A DNA stretch of 64,000 nucleotides from Opitutales bacterium (lineage in GTDB: Bacteria > Verrucomicrobiota > Verrucomicrobiia > Opitutales > UBA2987). Numbering within the stretch: the stretch's first letter is position 1; each line of letters begins with the position of its first letter. The notes below the pieces were generated by a model that was not told the DNA's origin, made no database searches, and saw only the letters and a program-made list of their open reading frames with translations. The translations under genes were made by a program, and so were the position numbers. This document shows, one piece after another, positions 10,029 through 20,771 of this stretch. The DNA is taken from positions 64,001 to 128,000 of the forward strand of contig CBDDEL010000010.1 of assembly GCA_965226885.1 (NCBI GenBank). The letters run 5' to 3'.

Positions 10029-11172
10029 TCAATCATCAATACGAATGTTTTTGTTCCGGGCCGAGGGACCTCCCGCGCGCAGCCAGGCGTGAATGAAGGG
10101 ATCGATGCCGCCGTCCATGACCTGCTGGATATTGGATGTCTCGGCGCCGGTGCGCAGATCCTTGACCATCTGGTAGGGTTGGAAGACATAGCTGCGGATC
10201 TGGTTGCCCCACCCGATCTGGTTTTTTTCGCCGTAGAATTTTTCCATCTCAGCCCGTTTTTCATCCGTCATTTTTTCATAGATACGGGACTTGAGGACCT
10301 TCATGGCGGTGGCCTTGTTTTTATGCTGGGAGCGTTCGTTTTGGCAGGCCACCACGATTCCGGTGGGTAAATGAGTCAGCCGCACGGCCGAATCGGTTTT
10401 ATTGACATGCTGGCCGCCTTTTCCGCTGGATCGATAGGTGTCCACCCTGATGTCCTCTTCATCCAGATTGATATCGATATCGTCCTTGATTTCGGCGATG
10501 ACGTCGATGGCGGCAAAGGAGGTGTGCCTTTTTTTATTGGAATCGAAGGGGCTGATACGGACCAGCCGGTGCACCCCGCGCTCTGCCTTGGCGTAGCCGT
10601 AGGCGTTGAGGCCGGAGATGAGGAGAGTGGCCCTGCTCACTCCCGCCTCTTCACCCGCCAGGATGTCCTGAACCTCGGCCGTGAAGCCGCGCCGTTCCGC
10701 CCACCGGCCATACATGCGCAGTAGCATGTCGGCCCAGTCACAGGACTCCGTGCCACCGGCCCCGGCGTGGATGCTGAGGATGGCGTTGCAGGAATCGTGG
10801 GGGCCGGACAAAAAGGAATCGACTTCCAGAATGTCGATCTCTTCCCCCATGGCGGCCACGGTCGTGGTGATTTCTGACTCGTAATCAGAGGAGTCTCCGT
10901 TTTGCGATTCCGCCACTAGCTCGCACATCAACTGGAGCTCATCCACTTTTTCGTTGAATGCGGCGATTTTGCCGAGCGAGCTTTTCAGGCGGCTTACGGT
11001 GGTAGCTGTCTTCTGGGCAGCGGCTTGATTGTCCCAAAAACCGGGCTGGCCCATCTGTTCTTCCAGACGGGTTATTTCTTTTTTCTTGTTATCGACGTCA
11101 AAGAAACCTCCACAAATAACCGGCGCGTTTGGTAATATCTTCGACTTTGGCTCGTATATCCGGATCCAGCAT
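10029..11172 (-). CDS. prfB: Peptide chain release factor 2 with programmed +1 frameshift
   Basis: GGQ and SPF motifs. ATG at 11172 reads ...TGG AGG TTT CTT TGA C, then continues in the +1 frame. Confidence 0.97.
11097..11111 (-). promoter_or_regulatory. prfB frameshift cassette (internal SD GGAGG + CTT TGA C)
   Basis: Minus strand reads GGAGGTTTCTTTGAC. Confidence 0.95.
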
Positions 11173-11229
11173 GATGCCTATGTAGTGAGAACAATCAGAT
11201 TGTTTGACAAGACTTATGAGAAAATTTTT

Positions 11230-12321
11230 TTAAATGGCGGGTTTGAAATCTTGCAAGTTCCAGGGCGGGGCGCCGCAGTGGGCGGCGATTTCATTGAATT
11301 CCCCGATTTCCGCTTCGGTAAAGAGAAGGGCGTTGTTTTTTTGGCTGCGGGCGGCGCCATTGGCCTCGATTTGGCCGGGTAAAAGGCATTTCTCATTGCC
11401 GGGACCGAGTATATTTTCGATGACGGCTTTTACATTTTCCTTCTGCCCGCGCCCGCCCACAAAAGCGCCCGCACTGAGCGCGTCGGGATGGATTACCTGA
11501 AAAAAGAAACAAGTGGAGTTCTTTTCGCCCTCTTCATGAGGCCGCCCGCGGATGGAGGGAAGGGAGCCCCCGATGAGGGCCGCAACAAGTTCGTTTATCA
11601 ATGACAACCCGTAGCCCTTGTGTCCGCCAAAAGGGAGCAGCGCCGCCGCTTGGGCCGCGTCGGTAGTGGGATGGCCCTGGGCATCGATGGCGGCATTGGG
11701 TGGCAGGGGCTGATTTTCCCGTGCCAGTTGCTGCACTCGCCCCATGGCGATGACCGAGGTTGCCCAATCAATGACAATGGGAAAGCCGACGGCTTCGGTG
11801 GTAGGGAACCCCCAGCTATGGGGATTGGTTCCCAGGGTGGGATTGCGCCCCATGAAGGGGACGACCTCGGCCATGGCGGAAGTGCAATTGGTGTAGGCGA
11901 TATAGCCTTCCCGGGCCGCTTCCATGACGTAGCCTCCGCCCCATAAATAGTGAAAAGCGTTGTCCACGCTGACCATGCCTAGGCCGAACCGGTCGGCCAG
12001 CTTTTTACAGGTATCCATGGCTTCATAAGCTACTGCCTGACCCATTTTCCGATGGGCGTTCCATATCTGGGAAGCCTCGAATCCAGAGGGCACAATTTCG
12101 ATAGTGGCACCCGGTTGGCAGCCTCCCGTCCCGCTGCCCAAAAGTTCATCCAAATGCAAAGCTTTGAGGGCGTTGTGGGTGCGGATCCCGTGCCAGGCAG
12201 CACTCGCAGCCATACGGGCTCCACAGGTGGATTCATCGGGTGTAAATCCGCGCTCAAGATAGGCTTTTTCAACCAGGTTATCGTGAAAATCACGAGGAAC
12301 TACGCAGTATCGATCGGACAT
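11230..12321 (-). CDS. Ldh_2 family oxidoreductase (malate/L-lactate/ureidoglycolate dehydrogenase-like)
   Basis: GIRTHN, GTNPHSWG, DWATS, PFGGHKGYGL. Confidence 0.85.
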   Translation of the reverse strand: MSDRYCVVPRDFHDNLVEKAYLERGFTPDESTCGARMAASAAWHGIRTHNALKALHLDELLGSGTGGCQPGATIEIVPSGFEASQIWNAHRKMGQAVAYEAMDTCKKLADRFGLGMVSVDNAFHYLWGGGYVMEAAREGYIAYTNCTSAMAEVVPFMGRNPTLGTNPHSWGFPTTEAVGFPIVIDWATSVIAMGRVQQLARENQPLPPNAAIDAQGHPTTDAAQAAALLPFGGHKGYGLSLINELVAALIGGSLPSIRGRPHEEGEKNSTCFFFQVIHPDALSAGAFVGGRGQKENVKAVIENILGPGNEKCLLPGQIEANGAARSQKNNALLFTEAEIGEFNEIAAHCGAPPWNLQDFKPAI

Positions 12322-12413
12322 GAGCTTATACTATTATTATAAACAGGAGATTAAATCCACTTGATGGACGAGGTCCTCCATTTTTGCAAATTAGATTAAT
12401 AATAAAAGTTTGA

Positions 12414-12440
12414 GAACTTTTAGACAAATTACCCGGTCTG
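12414..12440 (+). promoter_or_regulatory. Putative sigmaE-type ECF promoter
   Basis: GAACTT-N16-GTCTG, 35 nt upstream of the ECF sigma ATG. Confidence 0.55.
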
Positions 12441-12475
12441 TAACGCTTAATGTGACAAAAAATGTCACCAACAGA

Positions 12476-12990
12476 ATGGATTTTGCGGATAACCAATCGA
12501 ATTGGAGAGCCTGGTTTGCACATTATGGGCCAAGACTGCTCCTTTTTGCCCGCCAGCAGACCAAAAACCTTTACGATGCCGAGGATGTCCTCCAGGAAGC
12601 CATGGTACGGTCCTGGCGAAACCGCAATGAGTGCGGAAATCCGGTCATTGCCCGTGTCTATCAAGCGATTCGTTACGCCGCCATGGACCTGGGGAGGAAG
12701 GATAAACGGCGCAAAATCCGGGAGCAGCGGGTCCAGGAACCGGAATGGAATGAATCCAACTGGTTCGTCTGCCCGATGGAGGAAAAGGAGCGAAACAGGA
12801 CGCTGCAGGAAGCCATGAAAAGTTTACTTTACCATTGGAACAAAGGGAAGTTATTGTCCTGAAAATATGGGGAGAAATGACTTTTGAGGAAGTTGGCCGG
12901 ACCTTGAACATTTCTTCCAATACAGCTGCCTCGCGTTACCGCTACGCCCTTGGTACCATGAAGAAAGTTTTAATCCCCGCAATTTTGTGA
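12476..12990 (+). pseudogene. ECF sigma-70 factor frameshifted by a 5-bp duplication
   Basis: Region 2 (DAEDVLQEA) and region 4 (LPLEQREVIVLKIW...TAASRYRYA) join into a 169-aa ORF when one TTTAC at 12823-12832 is removed. Confidence 0.88.
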
Positions 12991-12996
12991 TTTGCA

Positions 12997-13512
12997 GTGA
13001 AAGAAATTGAAGACATTGAAAGGGAGTTGAGGCAGCTTCACCCCGTCCCGCCGTCGGAAGGCCTGCAAGCCCGAATGGCAGAAGAGTTGGTTGAAAAAGC
13101 AACTCGCACGGCGGAAAAGCGCGCAGGTAGAATCCTCATCCGGAATTTCAGGTTTCGCTGGGCGGCATCCTTCGCGCTGGCGGCAGCTTTTGCCATTATG
13201 GCCTATTTCGGTATTCCGGAAACCGCGCAGGTAAACGAAACTCCGCCAACTACTATGGATATGGCAGAGGTTGAAATACCCGCCGCCCTGGAACCGACTT
13301 CATCCTCGAAATATATCCCGGTGAAAGCCCGCCATGTCCTTATGAATGCGCGTGAGGAAGGCATATTTTACATCGAAGACGATATTCCGGCCCGGAAAAT
13401 GCGTTACCGCTTCGTCGATTCCTACACCTGGAAAAATCCCGACGACGGCTCCTTTCTGCAAGTGGCCGTGCCGCGTGAGGAGGTCTTATTGATACGCCTG
13501 GATACTTATTAA
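12997..13512 (+). CDS. Putative membrane-anchored anti-sigma factor
   Basis: Directly follows the ECF sigma. Single TM segment (WAASFALAAAFAIMAYF). Confidence 0.6.
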   Translation: MKEIEDIERELRQLHPVPPSEGLQARMAEELVEKATRTAEKRAGRILIRNFRFRWAASFALAAAFAIMAYFGIPETAQVNETPPTTMDMAEVEIPAALEPTSSSKYIPVKARHVLMNAREEGIFYIEDDIPARKMRYRFVDSYTWKNPDDGSFLQVAVPREEVLLIRLDTY

Positions 13513-13559
13513 GTTCTTTTCAACCACTATAAAAAACTAACTGAAATAGATACTAGATC

Positions 13560-14616
13560 ATGAAAAATCTCAATCGAATCAAAGAAATCTTCCTGGCCCT
13601 GTCCTTGGGGACGGCGTTGACAACTTTAAATGGCCAGGATTTTACGCGAGCCCAGGCGGGACACGGCATTGTGTCCGCTCATAGGATCGGCGGTCCGGAT
13701 CACAATATGATGTTTAACATCCATGAAGAGGATAGCGGGCCGGTGACTTTTCTCGGCGTCCATGCCAACCCGGTCGATCCGACCTTGACCGCCCAACTGG
13801 GTATGGCGGCCCACATGGGTCTGGCCATTCGCTATGTCGTTCCGGACAGCCCGGCCGAAGAGGCTGGTTTCAAATCCCATGACATCCTCAGAAAAATGGA
13901 CGATCAAATATTGATTCACCCTTTTCAATTACAAGTGCTGGTGCGAGCGCGCGCGGAGGGAGAAAAAGTCACTTACACGATATTGCGCGCGGGCGAGGAG
14001 ATACAGATCGAGGTTGAATTGACCAAAAGAGAGCCCGCCAAATATGAAAAATTTAAGAAAATGGGCCAATGGTTGCAAAAGCCGGGCCAGCCGGGAATGC
14101 CATTCGGATTCAATCTGGACGGGAATGCCATTCGGATTCAATCTGGACGGGAATTCGTCTTTCGATCTGAACTTTGATTATTTGGATGAAGACATTGAAA
14201 TTTTGGTGGAGAATGCTGCGCACGTTGGCGCAAATGTTGAGCAGATAATAAGCAAGGTATTCAATCACACCTCGGAGGTGACGGATCAGGTAATCAATTC
14301 ACTGAACGGGCGCAGCACTATTATCAAAATGAGGGAAAAGGAAATTATTCTCCAGGATAAGGATGGAACCCTCAGCTTGACCGTACACAACGGAAGCAAA
14401 CACTTGCAGGTGACCGACAAAGAGGATAACGTCCTATTCGACGGACCCATCAACACGGTGGAAGAACGCAGTGAAATTCCCGAACACATCTTGCCCAAAC
14501 TGCAAAAGCTGGAATCCGAAAACAATTTTGAATTCGATTTCGATGAAGAATTTGAACCGGGGGAAATTGAAATAATTCCCATCAACTCGGGAATGGGTGT
14601 GACGGCTCAAAATTAG
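13560..14616 (+). pseudogene. Secreted PDZ-domain protein frameshifted by a 28-bp duplication
   Basis: Signal peptide and PDZ motifs (FLGV, VVPDSPAEEAG, DIL). Removing one copy of 14092-14119 gives a single 342-aa ORF. Confidence 0.85.
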
Positions 14617-14694
14617 CCATTCCAGACCTTAATCTGCCAATAGCATATTCATCGCCACACGGCGCACGGACTGTTCATTTGAGGTCTGGTTCGC

Positions 14695-15927
14695 TTATGA
14701 CAGTTGAGTGCTGGCTCCCGGTAATTGTGGCGTTTGGTAACGGCCGGCCTCAACTATTGCCGGTTCTCGAAACCGGTCCCTGAGATGCGGTATATATTCC
14801 AGGAAAACGGGGTCGTGAGCGAGTGCGATATGGTTGAACAAGACCAGGTGTTGATGGATCTGTCCCATGTCCCCAACGTGAGGTACGACTGGCAGCCCGA
14901 GTTTTTTGGCCAGGAGGCTGACCACCAGAAACTCGCTGACGCCGCCCACGCGAGTGCAATCGACCTGGATGAAATGGGCGGCTTGCGCTTGCATGAAGTT
15001 CTTGAACATGACGGCATTGGGTATGTGTTCTCCCGCCGCAATCTTGACTGGGGCCAATTCCTCCGCCAACCGCTTATGGGCCAGAAGATCGTCAGGATGG
15101 GTAGGTTCTTCAATCCAGTAGAGATCGATGTCTTTTAGCTCCCTGCCTATGACCAAAGCCTGGGGATAAGTCCATTGCTGATTGGCATCCAGCATAATGG
15201 TGGCGGCATGACCGGCGGTTTCCCTCACCAGGCAGGCGCGTTCAATATCCCGTCGTGCTTGCCTGGAACCGGCTTTAAGCTTCATCGCGGTAAAACCTTG
15301 GTCCAGAGCTCTTTTCACGTTATCACGAATTTCTTCATTGCTGTAGTTGAACCAACCTACGGAGGTGTCGTAGCCAGGATAGCCTGTGTCTAGTATTCCC
15401 ATGCGTTGTGTGCGCGTGGGGTTGGCTGTTTGGAGGAGACTGAGAGCCTCCCGTGCCGGCAGTATCTCGTCCAGGTAGCTCAGGTCTAATGTTGCGATGA
15501 GAGCTTTGGGAGGGAGATCGAGCAGGAGGCGCCACAATGGCACGCCGCGCGCTTTGGCCCATAGATCGAAGCACGCATTGGTGATGGAGGCCAGCGCTAG
15601 GTGGACGGCGCCTTTGTAGGGTCCCAGCCATCGGTATTGGTGGTGGTTGGCGATTTGGCGGTAAGTCTGCCCGAAGTCAGCCATCAGCTCCTCGATCTCC
15701 CGTCCCACGAGGACGGTTGCGAGTTGGTCGATGAGTGTGCAGACGACATCGTTCCCGTTCCCGAGGGTAAGGGCCAATCCAATGCCCTTGATCCTGCCAC
15801 CAACTTTCAGAATAGTGGTAGCGTAGGAATACTCCGGTGCGCTATGGACGGCATCGGAACCCGCGCCGCCGGAAAGTTTAAAACGATGGTCAACGCTTTG
15901 GATGGCTCGAATTACACAGGCTGGCAT
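14695..15927 (-). CDS. L-fuconate dehydratase-like enolase superfamily protein
   Basis: GSDAVH..PEYS, WLGPYKG, KLK, DANQ, WIEEPTHPDD, GEH. Confidence 0.85.
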   Translation of the reverse strand: MPACVIRAIQSVDHRFKLSGGAGSDAVHSAPEYSYATTILKVGGRIKGIGLALTLGNGNDVVCTLIDQLATVLVGREIEELMADFGQTYRQIANHHQYRWLGPYKGAVHLALASITNACFDLWAKARGVPLWRLLLDLPPKALIATLDLSYLDEILPAREALSLLQTANPTRTQRMGILDTGYPGYDTSVGWFNYSNEEIRDNVKRALDQGFTAMKLKAGSRQARRDIERACLVRETAGHAATIMLDANQQWTYPQALVIGRELKDIDLYWIEEPTHPDDLLAHKRLAEELAPVKIAAGEHIPNAVMFKNFMQAQAAHFIQVDCTRVGGVSEFLVVSLLAKKLGLPVVPHVGDMGQIHQHLVLFNHIALAHDPVFLEYIPHLRDRFREPAIVEAGRYQTPQLPGASTQLS

Positions 15928-16206
15928 TTTGGTCAGGCTTTAGGCATTTTAATGATGGTGTTCGTCATGGTTTCGAGCGCTTCGTCGATCAACAGATGGC
16001 TCAATTCCCAGAATACCTTATCAATCGGTTTCATGTTCCAATATGGAAAAAATGGTAGATGACGCAGATAAAATCAGATAAAGAATTGGAATTAAATAAG
16101 AGCCTTGTCTTTATATAAGTGATATTTGTGCCTACCGCACCTGCTTGATCTGTGGTTAGAAAAAGGATTGTTTAGTGCGAATGGGGTGGCACGCGGCGCA
16201 ACCCGA

Positions 16207-17124
16207 TTACCCCAAACTGACTTCAACCGAGAAGACGCCGGTTTTTTTTGGAGGAACGAAATGGAGCCCTTTTTTGTGTTCGGGGCTGTTGGGCGGCCCC
16301 ATCCAGGGTTCCACGCAGTAAAAGGGGGATTCTTCGGAGCGGGTCCAGGTGGTGACGGTTTGATGGGCTGTTTCGCCCGTGCCCCCGTAGAGGCTCAGGA
16401 TGATGTCTTCTTCACCATTTTTGGGGCCAAAACGTACGACATTTTCTTTCAGTCGCGTGTGGATACGGTCGCTCAGGGCGGGATCGTCAAAAGAGGTCGT
16501 GGTTTCGAATGGAGGGGCCGGTTGCAGACTTCCGTCCGGTATATGGCGGTAAGCTTTGCGGGCCGGAAGCTCAATGCGGTAATCGGACCTGTGGGCGCCA
16601 TCATGCCAGGGGAGTTGAAAATAAAAATGGTGCCCGGCGGACCAGGGAAGCGCTACTTCGCCCCGGTTGAAAAGCCGAAATTCGACGTTGAATGATAATT
16701 CCAAGAAGCGATAAACGACCGTGAATTCATAATCAAAAGGGTAGGCTTTTTCAGCCTCTTCATCCGGCTGCAGGACAGCGGTGAATCCGTTTTGATCGAT
16801 ATCCGAGAGTTTGAAGAGGCCGTTATGGGCAAAACCATGCATGGGCATGGGCCGGCGAACCTTTTCATGCCGCCAGAAATGGATATCGCCCTGGTCGAAG
16901 GTGCGGGCGGAAAATGGAAAAAGAATCGGGTTGCCGCCGTCAAAGGGCAAAGGCACGTCCAGATTTTCGATTTCCGGCCAGTAGATGACGTCTCGCACGG
17001 CTCCGTCGGCCATTTGCAAATGCCAGTTCATGAGTCGGGCGCCTTTCTCTGGAATGGCCAGGAATGTAGAGGCCCCGCGGGTCCATTTGCAAATCTTCAG
17101 CCCAAAATAATCCAATAATTCCAT
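16207..17124 (-). CDS. Aldose 1-epimerase family protein
   Basis: GGNPILFP, MHGFA, GHHFYF, FYCVEPW. Confidence 0.85.
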   Translation of the reverse strand: MELLDYFGLKICKWTRGASTFLAIPEKGARLMNWHLQMADGAVRDVIYWPEIENLDVPLPFDGGNPILFPFSARTFDQGDIHFWRHEKVRRPMPMHGFAHNGLFKLSDIDQNGFTAVLQPDEEAEKAYPFDYEFTVVYRFLELSFNVEFRLFNRGEVALPWSAGHHFYFQLPWHDGAHRSDYRIELPARKAYRHIPDGSLQPAPPFETTTSFDDPALSDRIHTRLKENVVRFGPKNGEEDIILSLYGGTGETAHQTVTTWTRSEESPFYCVEPWMGPPNSPEHKKGLHFVPPKKTGVFSVEVSLG

Positions 17125-17273
17125 TCCGGCAGAAGATTAAATACCCACCGGGCCGAGGGGAAGCAAATTTACCTAAAAAATTTTCGGCGAATTTATGCTG
17201 CGAAACTCTATTGGGAAGCTGGAGACAAACCGATTTGCAAGACTCGTACAAAATGCGGGCAGCCTACCCCTAA

Positions 17274-20200
17274 CCCGGATATTTCGTAAAAAAAGTATCG
17301 TTGATATGCTTAACTGCTGATATACAGCAGGATAGATCAATAATTAAAGCAATATCAGCGATGACAAAAGGTAAACAATTAAAGCTACAGTTGACAAGGG
17401 TAAAAGGCCGCCGTGTGCGGGTTGATTTCAAGGGCGGAGAGGTTACTTCGGATGCCGGACTGCTTTTGATCCGGGAAGTGGATCGGCAGTTGGGCTTGAC
17501 CGAACGAGCGGCCCGACAGTTAGTGGACAAACGGCAGAAGGGCAAAGTACGCCATGAGGTATTGGGGATGCTGCGGCAGCGCGTTTACGGGCTGGTGGCG
17601 GGCTATGAGGATTTGAACGACTTTGATACCCTGCGCCACGATCCATTGTTGCAAACGGTAACGGGGCGCATTGAAACGTTGGCCAGCGCGCCGACTTTGT
17701 GTCGTTTTGAAAACGGGCAGGATCGGCGGGCGGCCTTTGCGGTAAACGAGCTGTTGGTCGAACAGTTCATGGGCTCCTTTGCCGAGGAACCCGAAGAGAT
17801 CATCCTGGACTTTGACGCCACCGACAATCCGGTGCACGGGCTCCAGGAGGGACGTTTTTTCCACGGTTATTATGATCATTACTGTTTTCTGCCGCTATAT
17901 GTTTTTTGCGGTGATCAGCTGCTGGTGGCCTACCTGCGGCCGAGCAAGATCGATGCCAGCAAGCATGCCGGGGCCATCCTCAAATTGCTGGTTAAACGGA
18001 TTCGCCAAAGCTGGCCCCGTACGCGGATTATTTGGCGCGCCGACAGTGGATTTTGTCGAGACCGGATACTCTCTTGGTGCGACCGCAACGAAGTTAGTTA
18101 CATCGTGGGGATGGCTCGCAATGCACGCTTGCAGCAAGACGCCCAGCAGTTGCAAAAGCAGGCCAAAGAATGGTTCGAACTAACCCGGATATTTCGTAAA
18201 AAAAGTATCGTTGATATGCTTAACTGCTGATATACAGCAGGATAGATCAATAATTAAAGCAATATCAGCGATGACAAAAGGTAAACAATTAAAGCTACAG
18301 TTGACAAGGGTAAAAGGCCGCCGTGTGCGGGTTGATTTCAAGGGCGGAGAGGTTACTTCGGATGCCGGACTGCTTTTGATCCGGGAAGTGGATCGGCAGT
18401 TGGGCTTGACCGAACGAGCGGCCCGACAGTTAGTGGACAAACGGCAGAAGGGCAAAGTACGCCATGAGGTATTGGGGATGCTGCGGCAGCGCGTTTACGG
18501 GCTGGTGGCGGGCTATGAGGATTTGAACGACTTTGATACCCTGCGCCACGATCCATTGTTGCAAACGGTAACGGGGCGCATTGAAACGTTGGCCAGCGCG
18601 CCGACTTTGTGTCGTTTTGAAAACGGGCAGGATCGGCGGGCGGCCTTTGCGGTAAACGAGCTGTTGGTCGAACAGTTCATGGGCTCTTTTGCCGAGGAAC
18701 CCGAAGAGATCATCCTGGACTTTGACGCCACCGACAATCCGGTGCACGGGCTCCAGGAGGGACGTTTTTTCCACGGTTATTATGATCATTACTGTTTTCT
18801 GCCGCTATATGTTTTTTGCGGTGATCAGCTGCTGGTGGCCTACCTGCGGCCGAGCAAGATCGATGCCAGCAAGCATGCCGGGGCCATCCTCAAATTGCTG
18901 GTTAAACGGATTCGCCAAAGCTGGCCCCGTACGCGGATTATTTGGCGCGCCGACAGTGGATTTTGTCGAGACCGGATACTCTCTTGGTGCGACCGCAACG
19001 AAGTTAGTTACATCGTGGGGATGGCTCGCAATGCACGCTTGCAGCAAGACGCCCAGCAGTTGCAAAAGCAGGCCAAAGAATGGTTCGAACTAAGGGGTAA
19101 AAAACAACGGTTATTCCAGGACTTCGTCTATGCTGCCGATTCGTGGCGATGGCTGCGGTTGGTCATCCATAAAGCCGAACACACCGCACAGGGGTCCAAC
19201 CCGCGCTTCGTGGTGACGAACCTGCCGGGCGATCCCCAGGAGCTTTACGACAAGGTATACTGTGGCCGCGGTGAAATGGAGAACCGAATCAAGGAACAGA
19301 TGCAATTGTTCAGCGAGCGCACCAGCGCCCATCAATGGTGGGCCAATCAGTGGCGATTGCTCTTGTCGGCGCTGGCCTACACCTTGATGGAAGCCATGCG
19401 CCGGTTAGCCTTAAAAGGGACGAAGTGGGCGCGGGCCCAATGCCACACCCTGCGGCTCAAATTAATCAAGATCGGAGCGGTCATCGTGCGCAACACCCGA
19501 ACGATTCACTTTCACCTAAGTGAGAGTTATCCTTGGGCCAGTCTTTTCAACCATGCGGCCCGCCGATTGGTGCCAACCTAAAGGGTGCATTGGTGCTGCC
19601 CCCGGCACTACCGAACCAATGGGGGAAAGGGCAATGGGGGAAAGGGGGCAGTGTCTCTACACCCTGAAAAACACCTAAAAATCAAGACGATCTGCTCAAA
19701 ATACAAAGAAATCCATCTCCAATAGCAATAACGAGCCAAACTTTACCCTTCATGAAATATCCGGGCTAAGGGGTAAAAAACAACGGTTATTCCAGGACTT
19801 CGTCTATGCTGCCGATTCGTGGCGATGGCTGCGGTTGGTCATCCATAAAGCCGAACACACCGCACAGGGGTCCAACCCGCGCTTCGTGGTGACGAACCTG
19901 CCGGGCGATCCCCAGGAGCTTTACGACAAGGTATACTGTGGCCGCGGTGAAATGGAGAACCGAATCAAGGAACAGATGCAATTGTTCAGCGAGCGCACCA
20001 GCGCCCATCAATGGTGGGCCAATCAGTGGCGATTGCTCTTGTCGGCGCTGGCCTACACCTTGATGGAAGCCATGCGCCGGTTAGCCTTAAAAGGGACGAA
20101 GTGGGCGCGGGCCCAATGCCACACCCTGCGGCTCAAATTAATCAAGATCGGAGCGGTCATCGTGCGCAACACCCGAACGATTCACTTTCACCTAAGTGAG

Positions 20201-20428
20201 AGTTATCCTTGGGCCAGTCTTTTCAACCATGCGCCCCGCCGATTGGTGCCAACCTAAAGGGTGCATTGGTGCTGCCCCCGGCACTACCGAACCAATGGGG
20301 GAAAGGGGGCAGTGTCTCTACACCCTGAAAAACACCTAAAAATCAAGACGATCTGCTCAAAATACAAAGAAATCCATCTCCAATAGCAATAACACGAGCC
20401 AAACTTTACCCTTCATGAAATATCCGGG
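17274..20428 (+). mobile_element. IS1380-family element A (outer), transposase split by copy B
   Basis: IRs CCCGGATATTTC/GAAATATCCGGG. CTAA target duplication at 17270-17273 and 20429-20432. Transposase motifs TSDAG, LDFDATD, RADSGF. Confidence 0.95.
18184..19765 (+). mobile_element. IS1380-family element B nested in A, intact transposase (~18271-19581)
   Basis: Same IRs. CTAA duplication at 18180-18183 and 19766-19769. Confidence 0.95.
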
Positions 20429-20432
20429 CTAA

Positions 20433-20516
20433 GCTGCCCGCCACATATTTCTACCTAATGTATCTCCTGATTGTTACCCCATTCTCTCTTTCGAGAGAAA
20501 ATCCAAAATTATTCTG
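20433..20516 (-). ncRNA. Candidate sRNA (3' terminator half displaced to 17248-17269 by IS1380-A)
   Basis: Upstream TTGAGT-N16-TACTAT, GAAA-tetraloop hairpin at 20482-20499, terminal GC-rich hairpin, no meaningful ORF. Confidence 0.4.
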
Positions 20517-20710
20517 TTCTCTTATAGTAAATAGATACTTCAAATACTCAATTGTTCAATGAATTTCAAAGAATATGCTAAATTTGAATATTAATTTACA
20601 AGTGGCATAAGCTATTCTTATTTATGAAACCTTCACGTTGGATTGGTTCAGGGCGGTTGAAATTGATGAACGACATAATCGAAATGGGAGGATTTAAGAA
20701 AAAGGTGCAC

Positions 20711-20743
20711 AAAAAGCGGGCAGCTTACCCCTAAGCTGCCCGC
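20711..20743 (-). terminator. Intrinsic terminator
   Basis: GCGGGCAGCTTA-GGGG-TAAGCTGCCCGC followed by TTTTT on the minus strand. Confidence 0.75.
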
Positions 20744-20771
20744 CACCACTCTTTAACTATACTGCTAACTA

